Translations under genes and position numbers: made by a program
Part shown: in pieces, positions 40,967-48,820 of the stretch
How positions within the stretch are numbered: position 1 is the stretch's first letter
Layout of the letters: every line of letters starts with the position of its first letter
The notes under the pieces: generated by a model
The model's database searches: none
What the model saw: the letters and a program-made list of their open reading frames with translations, nothing else
Told to the model about the DNA's origin: nothing
IMG/VR virus record: IMGVR_UViG_3300031884_000002
Location: 289,773 to 353,772 of that record
Direction: 5' to 3' (one strand)
DNA: 64,000 bases

Positions 40967-42844
40967 TTACTTGGGATTTTTCAATTTATCTGCTTCGATG
41001 GTTTCTAATATATGCTTAACCAATCCACTTCTAACACAATCTTCAATAGTAAATCTAAATACATATATTCCTTTTTTTCTATGATTCTCACCATCGAATA
41101 GGTTCATCATTTTTTCAAACCCAGATTTTCCATTTATATCACTCTGTCCTACATCTCCAAGAATGAAAACTTTACTAAACTCTCCAGTTCTAGTTATAAA
41201 CGTCAATATCTCCTTATAGGTACAATTTTGAAATTCATCTCCTATAATTGCCTTTGCATTGAAGTTTAATCCTCTTAAAAAACTTATAGGTATGCCGGAT
41301 ATTCTTTTATCCTTATTTAACATTTCTATTTCGTGTTTTGGTAATAATTCTTCCAGTTTATCAATAAGAGGTTGTAAATACACATGTACCTTATCGTCTA
41401 CTGTACCTGGCAATGCTCCCATCGATTTATCGGAACATTCAACTATACTTCTAGCATATATTATATCGCTTACTTTTTTATCACTTAATAATTGCAATGC
41501 CGCCATAATTGATAAATATGTATTATGAGTTACAATAAAATTATTTGTTAAATATAAATGTGATGTGTTATCCACTAAAATACATTGACATTCTTTTTTA
41601 CCTACTAATTCTATGTTTGTGATATATCTGATAGGTTTATATTTTGTCTTGGGGACTAATAAATCTGCTTTTCTTTTTAAGAAAAATGGATTGATATGTG
41701 GTGGCATACATACACTAATATTATAATAGTCTAATCCTTGTATTTCTTCGGTTAAATATGTATAATGATTTTTATATTTGTTTATTCTACAAACTCCTCC
41801 CAAAGATTCTATTAAAAATCTTATGTTATTTGCTAACTGTTGTGATGTAGTAGTATAACTAGTTTCTGTTCCGCTTCTTTTCCCTACTGTCCCATCAGTA
41901 TCCATCAATCCTCTTAATAAGTCTATTCTATTTTCTATCGAATCAAATAAATAATCATTGGGTATGAATTTAGAATCCGACTTTATCATATCTAAATTAA
42001 ATCTTTTTATTTCATTTTTAATATAGTTTCCATTATTTAATGATTCTGATTTATTTTTATGAATTATAGAATATTCATATATTGCAGATGGTATTTTATT
42101 TATTATTATATTAGAAGGAAGTTCATTTTCAATTTTTTTAATAATTTCATCATCAGCCGATGTAAATCTAACATATCCCGGAACTCTAAAACATCCATCT
42201 CCAAGTAATGCTCCCAATATATATGGAGATATAATATGAGATTTTGAACTAAACTTAACTGGGGCTGTTATGGGAATTGAATGATTTAATCTAGTTCCAT
42301 TTCTAAGTTTTAACGAATTGATTATTTCTGCTGTAGTTTTAACTGTTCCGTTTTTTGGATTAGTCCAATATCGTTTTCCTTTTATTTTAATTCGTTGATT
42401 CCTGTCTTTTTCAGTTTGAGTTAACCATAAATGTTCCAGTGTTGATTCGGTTGATGTATCATCTGAAAATGTAATTTTATATATATCCTTAATACCTTGT
42501 GGGTGTATGGATATTACTTTATGAGATATTCCATCTTCTCCGAATATCATATCTCCAATCTTAACATTTCCCATTTGTATAATACCGGATTCTCCTATGA
42601 GTTCAGCATCTAATGGTTGTGCTTTTGATGTTCCAGCAGGACCAGAGACAAATATCATTTTTACTTCTTTATTGGATGCTAATTCTAAAAACTCCTTCTG
42701 TCTAGGAGTTAAATCGCTTCTTTTAAAAATGTTTAATGCAGATTTTAATTTATTTCTCTGAAATATTACAGGAGTTTTATCTTTACTATAATCGGTTGAT
42801 TCTGGGGTTGGTTCATGATTTAGTTTCTTGTTTTTTTTACTCAT
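40967..42844 (-). CDS. phoH: PhoH-family ATPase with an intein (about 258 aa after splicing)
   Basis: Walker A SGPAGTSK|TYLS is split by the intein; also LPGTVDDK, PISFLRGLNF, IIGDEFQN and LGDVGQSD. Confidence 0.94.
   Translation of the reverse strand: MSKKNKKLNHEPTPESTDYSKDKTPVIFQRNKLKSALNIFKRSDLTPRQKEFLELASNKEVKMIFVSGPAGTSKAQPLDAELIGESGIIQMGNVKIGDMIFGEDGISHKVISIHPQGIKDIYKITFSDDTSTESTLEHLWLTQTEKDRNQRIKIKGKRYWTNPKNGTVKTTAEIINSLKLRNGTRLNHSIPITAPVKFSSKSHIISPYILGALLGDGCFRVPGYVRFTSADDEIIKKIENELPSNIIINKIPSAIYEYSIIHKNKSESLNNGNYIKNEIKRFNLDMIKSDSKFIPNDYLFDSIENRIDLLRGLMDTDGTVGKRSGTETSYTTTSQQLANNIRFLIESLGGVCRINKYKNHYTYLTEEIQGLDYYNISVCMPPHINPFFLKRKADLLVPKTKYKPIRYITNIELVGKKECQCILVDNTSHLYLTNNFIVTHNTYLSIMAALQLLSDKKVSDIIYARSIVECSDKSMGALPGTVDDKVHVYLQPLIDKLEELLPKHEIEMLNKDKRISGIPISFLRGLNFNAKAIIGDEFQNCTYKEILTFITRTGEFSKVFILGDVGQSDINGKSGFEKMMNLFDGENHRKKGIYVFRFTIEDCVRSGLVKHILETIEADKLKNPK
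41522..42622 (-). mobile_element. Ala-initiated (class-3-type) intein with LAGLIDADG endonuclease, 367 aa
   Basis: Starts AQPLDA, block B HLW, block F CQCI, ends VTHN|T; LAGLIDADG motifs LGALLGDG and LRGLMDTDG. Confidence 0.9.
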
Positions 42845-43157
42845 ATTTTTTTAACTTGTCCTTGATTTTTTCTATTCTAGGGCATAACTCATACAACTGA
42901 CATTTGTTATATAAATCGTGAATATGGGTTAAGTTAAGTTCATAGTCTTTTTCGGCTATGGTAATAACATAATCACTATTTTTGAATTGAAATACTTCTA
43001 CGATTGGAGACTTATTATCAACTGCAAATTCTATGGAAGATACTATATGTTCGGTAATGTCTATTTTAAACTTTTGGATGAATTGCTCCATTTCTTCATT
43101 TGAAGACGGCAGAATATATGTGTCATTCTCTGGTATTGGTACTTTTCGCTTTGCCAT
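42837..43157 (-). CDS. Hypothetical protein
   Basis: 106-aa ORF coupled to phoH; C-terminal YELCPRIEKI resembles a UVR-like helix. Confidence 0.7.
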   Translation of the reverse strand: MAKRKVPIPENDTYILPSSNEEMEQFIQKFKIDITEHIVSSIEFAVDNKSPIVEVFQFKNSDYVITIAEKDYELNLTHIHDLYNKCQLYELCPRIEKIKDKLKKYE

Positions 43158-43169
43158 TACACAAATGAA

Positions 43170-44498
43170 CTACCCACCCGCTAAAGCAGGTGGGTTTCCC
43201 ACACCTAACTTTAGTTTCTTGGTTTCGCAGGTCATTGACTTGATTACTCTTTCTGTTTTATCAGATACCATCCTCAACGCCTTGCTGCGTTTTTGTTTAG
43301 GGTCCGATTTGGTTCCCAAACCAGACAAACCTTGTTTCAATATATTCAAGGACGCATTATAGTCCCTGTCGTGATGGACATTACAAATAGGACACTCCCA
43401 TTCTCTATCACTTTCCTTTAATGATTGGTTTATGTATCCACAATCATTACAGGTTTTAGAGGACGGAAACCATCTATCTATCTGGACAAACTTCCTATTA
43501 TTCCATTCACTTTTGTATTTGAGTTGTCTTACAATCTCATACCAAGATACTTCTTGTATTGACCTTGCTTTCCTATGGTCTTTCATCATATTGGAGATAC
43601 TCAAGTCTTCCATCACAATAATGTCGTGGTTTTTGACAATATCGTTGGTGAGTTTGTGGGTATAGTCCAATTTTACATTGGTTATCTTTTCGTATGTTTT
43701 TGCTAACTCAACTCTTGCTCTTTCTCTATTCTTTCCTTTCTTTGTTTTTTTGGAATGTTGTCTCTGCTGATATTCCAGTTTCTTTCGGTATTTCTTTGCT
43801 ATTCTTGGATTGGGAATCTTCTTTCCATCTGAGAAAGTAATCAAATCAATCAGTCCCAAATCAATGCCTACACTCTTGTTTGTTTTCTTAACCTTCGGCG
43901 TAAAATCTTCTTCAACAATGAAAGAGACAAAGTATTTGTTCGTCTTGGTCTTGGAAATGATAAGAAAAGCAATCTCATAGTTCTCTCCAAATGGTCTATG
44001 ATGATTTACCTTAATAGGAGTTTTGAGTTTTGGTATTGTAAGCAATCCATTCTCAAATGAGAAGTGTTGGGGAACACAAAATGATTGCTTGTCATATTTG
44101 GACTTAAACGATGGAAACTTGGCAATCTTCTTAAAAAATCGTTGGTATGCTACATCAAGTTGTCGCAAAGATTGCTGGAGAGATTGACTATTGACTTCAT
44201 TCAACCATTCAGTATCTTTCTGTTCCTTGAGTTCCGTTAGAAGTTTAGCAGTATCATTGTATCCAATACCTTTACCATTTTTGAGGTAGTATTCTTTGCG
44301 AGCATTAAGAAATCGGTTAAAGACAAAGCGGGAACATCCAAAGGATTTAGCAAAGAATATTTTCTGTTCTTCGGTTGGAAGAACTTGGAACTTGTATCCT
44401 CTGGTTATTCTTTTTATTGTCATCAGATATAAGTATATTGGACTTTTACAAGAAGTTATTTTATTTGTAAATATTTCAATGTTGTCTATGGGTCGCAT
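43170..44498 (-). CDS. tnpB: TnpB RNA-guided endonuclease (start may be MTIKRIT)
   Basis: HTH GYKFQVLPTEEQ...FGCSRFVFN, RuvC VGIDLG / IVMEDL / DRDYNAS, and Zn finger CNDCG..CPIC. Confidence 0.95.
   Translation of the reverse strand: MRPIDNIEIFTNKITSCKSPIYLYLMTIKRITRGYKFQVLPTEEQKIFFAKSFGCSRFVFNRFLNARKEYYLKNGKGIGYNDTAKLLTELKEQKDTEWLNEVNSQSLQQSLRQLDVAYQRFFKKIAKFPSFKSKYDKQSFCVPQHFSFENGLLTIPKLKTPIKVNHHRPFGENYEIAFLIISKTKTNKYFVSFIVEEDFTPKVKKTNKSVGIDLGLIDLITFSDGKKIPNPRIAKKYRKKLEYQQRQHSKKTKKGKNRERARVELAKTYEKITNVKLDYTHKLTNDIVKNHDIIVMEDLSISNMMKDHRKARSIQEVSWYEIVRQLKYKSEWNNRKFVQIDRWFPSSKTCNDCGYINQSLKESDREWECPICNVHHDRDYNASLNILKQGLSGLGTKSDPKQKRSKALRMVSDKTERVIKSMTCETKKLKLGVGNPPALAGG
43173..43194. repeat. 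IS right-end hairpin
   Basis: CCCACCCGC-TAAA-GCAGGTGGG on the plus strand. Confidence 0.85.
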
Positions 44499-44502
44499 TC
44501 AT

Positions 44503-44524
44503 CCCACGCCCTAAAGGACGTGGG
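44503..44524. repeat. IS left-end hairpin
   Basis: CCCACGCCC-TAAA-GGACGTGGG on the plus strand. Confidence 0.85.
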
Positions 44525-44541
44525 TTTTCTGCTCCCAGAAA

Positions 44542-44549
44542 TATAAATA
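44542..44549 (-). promoter_or_regulatory. TATTTATA motif abutting the IS left end
   Basis: Probable original promoter of the 42837-43157 gene, now separated from it by the IS. Confidence 0.55.
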
Positions 44550-44571
44550 TAAACCATTTGTGTATAAAAAC

Positions 44572-44597
44572 AAAAAAGCCGGAAAATTTTCCGGCTT
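44572..44597 (-). terminator. Intrinsic terminator
   Basis: AAGCCGGAA-AATT-TTCCGGCTT followed by a T run on the minus strand. Confidence 0.8.
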
Positions 44598-44619
44598 GTA
44601 ACAATTGAGATAATATTTA

Positions 44620-44832
44620 TTACCAAACTTTATGTTTTAATGGATTATATTTTACAATTTCCACTTTTTCACGATTGGAGGCTCTAGTCCAGAATGATTT
44701 TTCTGCTAATGCATCTACATCATCAAAAAATAGATATTCTTTATCTGATACTCGATATCCATCCCTAAGTACTACATATTTAGTTTCTTCTGCATTTGCA
44801 GAAATTAGTTCGTTATTTATTTGACTTTTCAT
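44620..44832 (-). CDS. Hypothetical protein
   Basis: 70-aa ORF in a compact operon. Confidence 0.65.
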   Translation of the reverse strand: MKSQINNELISANAEETKYVVLRDGYRVSDKEYLFFDDVDALAEKSFWTRASNREKVEIVKYNPLKHKVW

Positions 44833-45136
44833 TTTTTAATTCTGAAGTTATAAAGTTTACAAGTTCTAATGCTTTTTCATCCGTAATAATAACACTATCT
44901 GCCCATAACGTTCCGGTAGTAAATAATTTCCAACTCCATCGTACCCGTTCCATAAAACTTAATTTTCCATATATTCCATAATACCAAATTGCAAAATTAA
45001 ATCCTTTATCATACACATCTTCATTATACCGTTCGGCTTGAAGCATATGAGAAGTACAATCACATTTAAGATAAATGGATTTGTAATATTTATCTATTAC
45101 AGTATTATTCATTTTTTGATTTGTATTTTTCCACAA
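44813..45136 (-). CDS. Hypothetical protein (true start probably MNNTVID)
   Basis: LKCDCTSHML motif; operon context. Confidence 0.65.
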   Translation of the reverse strand: MWKNTNQKMNNTVIDKYYKSIYLKCDCTSHMLQAERYNEDVYDKGFNFAIWYYGIYGKLSFMERVRWSWKLFTTGTLWADSVIITDEKALELVNFITSELKNEKSNK

Positions 45137-45443
45137 ACTCGATAGGATTGTCTCTATAGATTTTAAGCATTCGAATCAATCCATTGATATCTTTAAATGA
45201 AACCAGCCCATTAACAAAACTTTCGATATCATTATCACTCGGAAGCCAGTTGAACTCGTTTATAACATCAATTACCTTTTTTCCAGATTCCTCAATTTTA
45301 ACACTTCCTTCCAAAATACCAAGTTCTTGAAAATCTGATAAATATTGAGTTATAACAAGTGCCGATAACATCATTGGGTCGAACTCAGTATTTTCTGATT
45401 TGAGTCGTTCAATTATACCATTTTGTTTATCTTCATTAGTCAT
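45105..45443 (-). CDS. Hypothetical protein
   Basis: 112-aa ORF. Confidence 0.65.
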   Translation of the reverse strand: MTNEDKQNGIIERLKSENTEFDPMMLSALVITQYLSDFQELGILEGSVKIEESGKKVIDVINEFNWLPSDNDIESFVNGLVSFKDINGLIRMLKIYRDNPIEFVEKYKSKNE

Positions 45444-45445
45444 AA

Positions 45446-45658
45446 TTAAGAATTAATAGTTTTTTCAGCAACTTCTCGAATATCAGATGGAAGATTTTCT
45501 CCGACTGCTTTAATAAGGTCAGCGGCAAACTCTTTATCAGATTCGGCTCGTTCCTTAACCATTGCCAATGCTAATTCTTTTTTCTTGTCGTGGGTTCTAA
45601 TAGCAATATCAACACGATAGGGGTTTAATTTTCTAGCCATGCTTTTTAATTTACTCAT
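45446..45658 (-). CDS. Hypothetical protein
   Basis: 70-aa ORF downstream of a sigma70-like promoter. Confidence 0.65.
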   Translation of the reverse strand: MSKLKSMARKLNPYRVDIAIRTHDKKKELALAMVKERAESDKEFAADLIKAVGENLPSDIREVAEKTINS

Positions 45659-45665
45659 ATAATAA

Positions 45666-45693
45666 AGTATATCAAATATTTTAAAAATGTCAA
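45666..45693 (-). promoter_or_regulatory. sigma70-like early promoter
   Basis: TTGACA-16 nt-TATACT upstream of the ATG at 45658. Confidence 0.7.
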
Positions 45694-45700
45694 GTAGATT

Positions 45701-45871
45701 TTATTTTGATAATACTCTATCTAATTCAATTTCAAGTGCAATAAGAGTAGAATGTTTCGTTCCAGTTACAGGATCAATCCACCTTAATGTATAATCATCC
45801 AGTTTCCAACTAGACGCTTCTAAATAATTAGATATATCCTGTAGTATTTTGTCGGCTTTATCTCTATTCAT
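45701..45871 (-). CDS. Small hypothetical protein (56 aa)
   Basis: MNRDKADKILQDISNYLEASSWKLDDYTLRWIDPVTG...; overlaps the upstream stop. Confidence 0.55.
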   Translation of the reverse strand: MNRDKADKILQDISNYLEASSWKLDDYTLRWIDPVTGTKHSTLIALEIELDRVLSK

Positions 45872-46500
45872 AAATTTTTACAAAAATTAACCAAATTTTC
45901 TCCAACAATAAATGCCTTTACGTTGGAATTAACATCTCTCATAGATACAATATTACTTGCTTGTATTACTTCTCCACATTTATTTAAATATTCATTAATA
46001 TTTCTATTGTTAATAGATCCATCTTTTAAATTTCTAGAATTACAAACAATTATATTTTCTTTAAGAAATGTATTCCATTTTGTTTTATGTAAATTATTCA
46101 TTTGGTTATATCCTTCTATATCACCGACATCTAAAAATGCTTTATAACTCAATTGTCTATCCAATGGCAATTCAAGACTTGATAATTCAAATATACAACG
46201 GCTGGCAAGATAATCTGATTTTGGAATTCTATCAACTGATAATACATAAGTTGCACCATGATATAAGGCTGATTGAACTGCTTCATCAGACCCATGAATT
46301 CCTTTGGCGAGAATTGGTTTATCTGTGAATTTACGAACATAAGATATAGCATCAAAATCTCCGCCCCATAAAGCATTAGTATGAACGGATATCCAATCTC
46401 CATATACAATGGCATATTCCATCAATTCATTAAATGAATGCGAAGATTTATACCCAAATGGTGATTGTGTTTTTATTTCGGCTATAAATGTAGGTATCAT
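45868..46500 (-). CDS. Indole-3-glycerol-phosphate synthase (TrpC)-like TIM barrel, N-terminally shortened
   Basis: IAEIKTQSP, ISVHTN, PILAK, FE, NSRNL and AFIVGENLV align by eye with IGPS motifs. Start moved to 46500 because the longer ORF overlaps tRNA-Ser. Confidence 0.75.
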   Translation of the reverse strand: MIPTFIAEIKTQSPFGYKSSHSFNELMEYAIVYGDWISVHTNALWGGDFDAISYVRKFTDKPILAKGIHGSDEAVQSALYHGATYVLSVDRIPKSDYLASRCIFELSSLELPLDRQLSYKAFLDVGDIEGYNQMNNLHKTKWNTFLKENIIVCNSRNLKDGSINNRNINEYLNKCGEVIQASNIVSMRDVNSNVKAFIVGENLVNFCKNL

Positions 46501-46560
46501 ATTGATTAGAAGTATAATAGAATTTTTAGAAGAAGTCAAGAAGAAGTTTTGAAGACTGAC

Positions 46561-46650
46561 TGGCGGAATAGGAGAGAATTGAACTCTCGCTGGTTTAACC
46601 CAGCCTTGTTTAGCAGACAAGTCCAACAAACCAACATTTGGCTCTATTCC
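46561..46650 (-). tRNA. tRNA-Ser(GCU)
   Basis: Anticodon arm CTTGT-CTGCTAA-ACAAG, long variable arm, G73, CCA. Confidence 0.9.
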
Positions 46651-46710
46651 ATTGACAATAGTGAGTTTTAATTATTTGGCGGAAAGGTGTATTTTAAGAA
46701 AGTTAAATGA

Positions 46711-46718
46711 TATTTATA
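46711..46718 (+). promoter_or_regulatory. TATTTATA upstream motif (plus-strand endonuclease)
   Basis: 4 nt before the ATG at 46723. Confidence 0.6.
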
Positions 46719-46722
46719 ATAT

Positions 46723-47406
46723 ATGATTATAAAATATAAAGAAGAAGAGTTTAAATTGGCAAAATCCAGAGATTTATTAAATTTAGAATGTGAATGTTGT
46801 CATAAAATATTTGGAGCACGGAAAAAAGATATAAATTGGGCGTTAAATTGCACTTATAGAGATATGTTAAAATATTGTGGGCGGAAATGTAGTGGGAAAA
46901 CATCAAGAATTGGAGACGAACTAAACTGTACCACTTGTGGAAAATTATTTTATAGAAATAAATGTAGACAAAAACTATCCAAAAATTACTTCTGTTCTTC
47001 TATGTGTGCGTATAAACATAATAAAAATAATTTCTTGAAAAAATATGGAACTCGTAGATCAAAATTAGAAAAATGGTTAGAAGTACATTTAATTTTACTA
47101 TATCCAACATTAAATATAGTTTATAATTCACGAATGGATATAAACGCTGAATTGGATATTTATATTCCTTCATTAAAATTAGCATTTGAGTTAAATGGTA
47201 TATTCCACTATGAACCAATCTATGGAAAAGAAACTTTAAATAAAGTAAAAACTAATGATAATAGGAAATTTCAAGCCTGTATAGAAAAAGAAATTGAACT
47301 TTGTATTATAGATACAAGTAAACAAAGATGTTGTAGTGATAAGTCATCTCAAAAATATTTAGATATAATTACTAAAATTATAAATGAAAAATTGGCGGTA
47401 GGCTGA
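46723..47406 (+). CDS. Free-standing PD-(D/E)XK-type (homing) endonuclease with Zn-finger repeats
   Basis: Cys clusters and ELDIYIPSLKLAFELNGIFHY; lies antisense inside the tRNA array. Confidence 0.75.
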   Translation: MIIKYKEEEFKLAKSRDLLNLECECCHKIFGARKKDINWALNCTYRDMLKYCGRKCSGKTSRIGDELNCTTCGKLFYRNKCRQKLSKNYFCSSMCAYKHNKNNFLKKYGTRRSKLEKWLEVHLILLYPTLNIVYNSRMDINAELDIYIPSLKLAFELNGIFHYEPIYGKETLNKVKTNDNRKFQACIEKEIELCIIDTSKQRCCSDKSSQKYLDIITKIINEKLAVG

Positions 47407-47483
47407 GGTCACGCTCCCCATCCCCGTTTTAGGGGGACATACTGATTTCAAGTCAGTTCCGAATCTCATTCGGTTAACCTACC
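47393..47483 (-). tRNA. tRNA-Ser(UGA), non-canonical T-loop
   Basis: ACTGA-CTTGAAA-TCAGT, long variable arm, G73, CCA; T-loop AGCGTGA. Confidence 0.8.
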
Positions 47484-47676
47484 AATTAAATCTTAAATCT
47501 ATATTTAGAATGTCTTCTATGACAGTTGGAACATTTTTCACCATCACTTACTTTCCAAATATCACATATACACCAAGAAGATTTGTCTCCTTTGGGATTT
47601 AATTTTCTTTCCCGATTAGTCATTTTATAATCTATATCATAATATGATTGATGCATATCTATAACTATAATCCAAA

Positions 47677-47766
47677 TGGCGGAAAATACTGATGTCGATT
47701 CAGATGCACAGTTAAGGCACGTATAGTTTTCGAAACTATCCTAAGAGCCGTCTTAGTTTATTTTCC
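47677..47766 (-). tRNA. tRNA-Ser(CGA)
   Basis: ATAGT-TTCGAAA-ACTAT, long variable arm, G73, CCA; T-loop ATCGACA. Confidence 0.8.
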
Positions 47767-47768
47767 AA

Positions 47769-47845
47769 TGGAGATGCTAGTCGGGATTGAACCGACATAA
47801 TCCAATTACGGTAATTTGTTTAGGAAACAAATCCGATATAGCATC
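47769..47845 (-). tRNA. D-armless tRNA-like gene, anticodon CCU (Arg AGG)
   Basis: Perfect 7-bp acceptor GATGCTA/TAGCATC, canonical T-arm, TTTGT-TTCCTAA-ACAAA, CCA; only 7 nt where the D-arm should be. Confidence 0.65.
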
Positions 47846-47868
47846 AAAGTTTTTCACCATAAACACAT

Positions 47869-48294
47869 TCAATAATAATTTACCATTGCCCACTCAAACT
47901 CGTTATTTTTTAATTTATCCATTGCCATTTCAATTAACCACGGCACATTTGTTAATAATTCATCTCTCAACAAATCCATTTGATTTATATCAAAAATTAT
48001 TACTTCTTCTTCGGTTGTAGTTTTTAATTTTGTTAAATCACCAATAGCAGCATATACATATACTTTAAAAGTATCATCCTTTGCCATAGTACAATAATGT
48101 TTCCAATCATTTATAGTAACTCCCGTTTCTTCTATAAACTCACGCACCATAGCATCTGGTAATGATTCGGTTGGTTCTATCTTACCACCAATTCCATTTA
48201 CTTTACCAGCTTGCCATTCTGGTTTTGTTTTTCTAATCAATGCCACTTGTGTTAATTTTTCATTAAATAAAAATCCTAAACAATATTGTGTCAT
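47869..48294 (-). CDS. Nudix hydrolase
   Basis: Nudix box GGKIEPTESLPDAMVREFIEETG. Confidence 0.9.
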   Translation of the reverse strand: MTQYCLGFLFNEKLTQVALIRKTKPEWQAGKVNGIGGKIEPTESLPDAMVREFIEETGVTINDWKHYCTMAKDDTFKVYVYAAIGDLTKLKTTTEEEVIIFDINQMDLLRDELLTNVPWLIEMAMDKLKNNEFEWAMVNYY

Positions 48295-48296
48295 AA

Positions 48297-48485
48297 TTAA
48301 GAAATCGTTAAATTGTTAAACTCGCTGGCATTTTTATATTTTTTAATTATTTTTTCACATGCTTTCATATACGAACGAGCATATACTAAACAAGTTTCAT
48401 CATCATTATTCCATATTGTTACCGGATAAGAAAACTTTATTAAATAAGGTTTCTCATTTTCTGATGTTTTTCGTATTGTATTCAT
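48297..48485 (-). CDS. Hypothetical protein
   Basis: 62-aa ORF in the operon. Confidence 0.55.
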   Translation of the reverse strand: MNTIRKTSENEKPYLIKFSYPVTIWNNDDETCLVYARSYMKACEKIIKKYKNASEFNNLTIS

Positions 48486-48486
48486 A

Positions 48487-48684
48487 TTAGCACATTCTTC
48501 CAGTTATCATCTGTCTCCAAGGATAGTGCCTCCTGATTTTTTGAGTTACTATCCAATATTCCGTAATTATCTTACCATATTCTCTTTGATTGGAAATCGA
48601 TTTTTGTCTAATTGCATCTATTCTTTTTTTCCATTCGTCACGAATGCGTCTTCTTTTTTGATACTTTTCTAAATTATGTCTCAT
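48487..48684 (-). CDS. Hypothetical basic protein
   Basis: 65-aa ORF abutting a tRNA 3' end. Confidence 0.5.
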   Translation of the reverse strand: MRHNLEKYQKRRRIRDEWKKRIDAIRQKSISNQREYGKIITEYWIVTQKIRRHYPWRQMITGRMC

Positions 48685-48774
48685 GGTGCTGCCGGGAGGA
48701 TTCGAACCTCCATAGAGTAATTAAACTCACAGATTAGAAATCTGTTGCCTAAATCCAATTCGAGCCACGACAGC
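48684..48774 (-). tRNA. tRNA with anticodon UCU (Arg) and a long variable arm
   Basis: GCTGTCG/CGGCAGC acceptor, ACAGA-TTTCTAA-TCTGT, variable stem GAGT/ACTC, canonical T-arm, A73, CCA. Confidence 0.85.
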
Positions 48775-48786
48775 ATTAACACTTTA

Positions 48787-48815
48787 ATAATATCACAGTA
48801 ATAAATTAAAGTCAA
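48787..48815 (-). promoter_or_regulatory. sigma70-like promoter
   Basis: TTGACT-17 nt-TATTAT just upstream of the UCU tRNA. Confidence 0.6.
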
Positions 48816-48820
48816 GTGAA

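Larger units (their letters stand above)
43165..44541 (-). mobile_element. Non-autonomous IS200/IS605-family (IS1341-like) TnpB-only element; ends +/- a few nt
   Basis: tnpB is flanked by two related subterminal hairpins, no tnpA is present, and base composition is visibly less AT-rich than the flanks. Confidence 0.85.
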
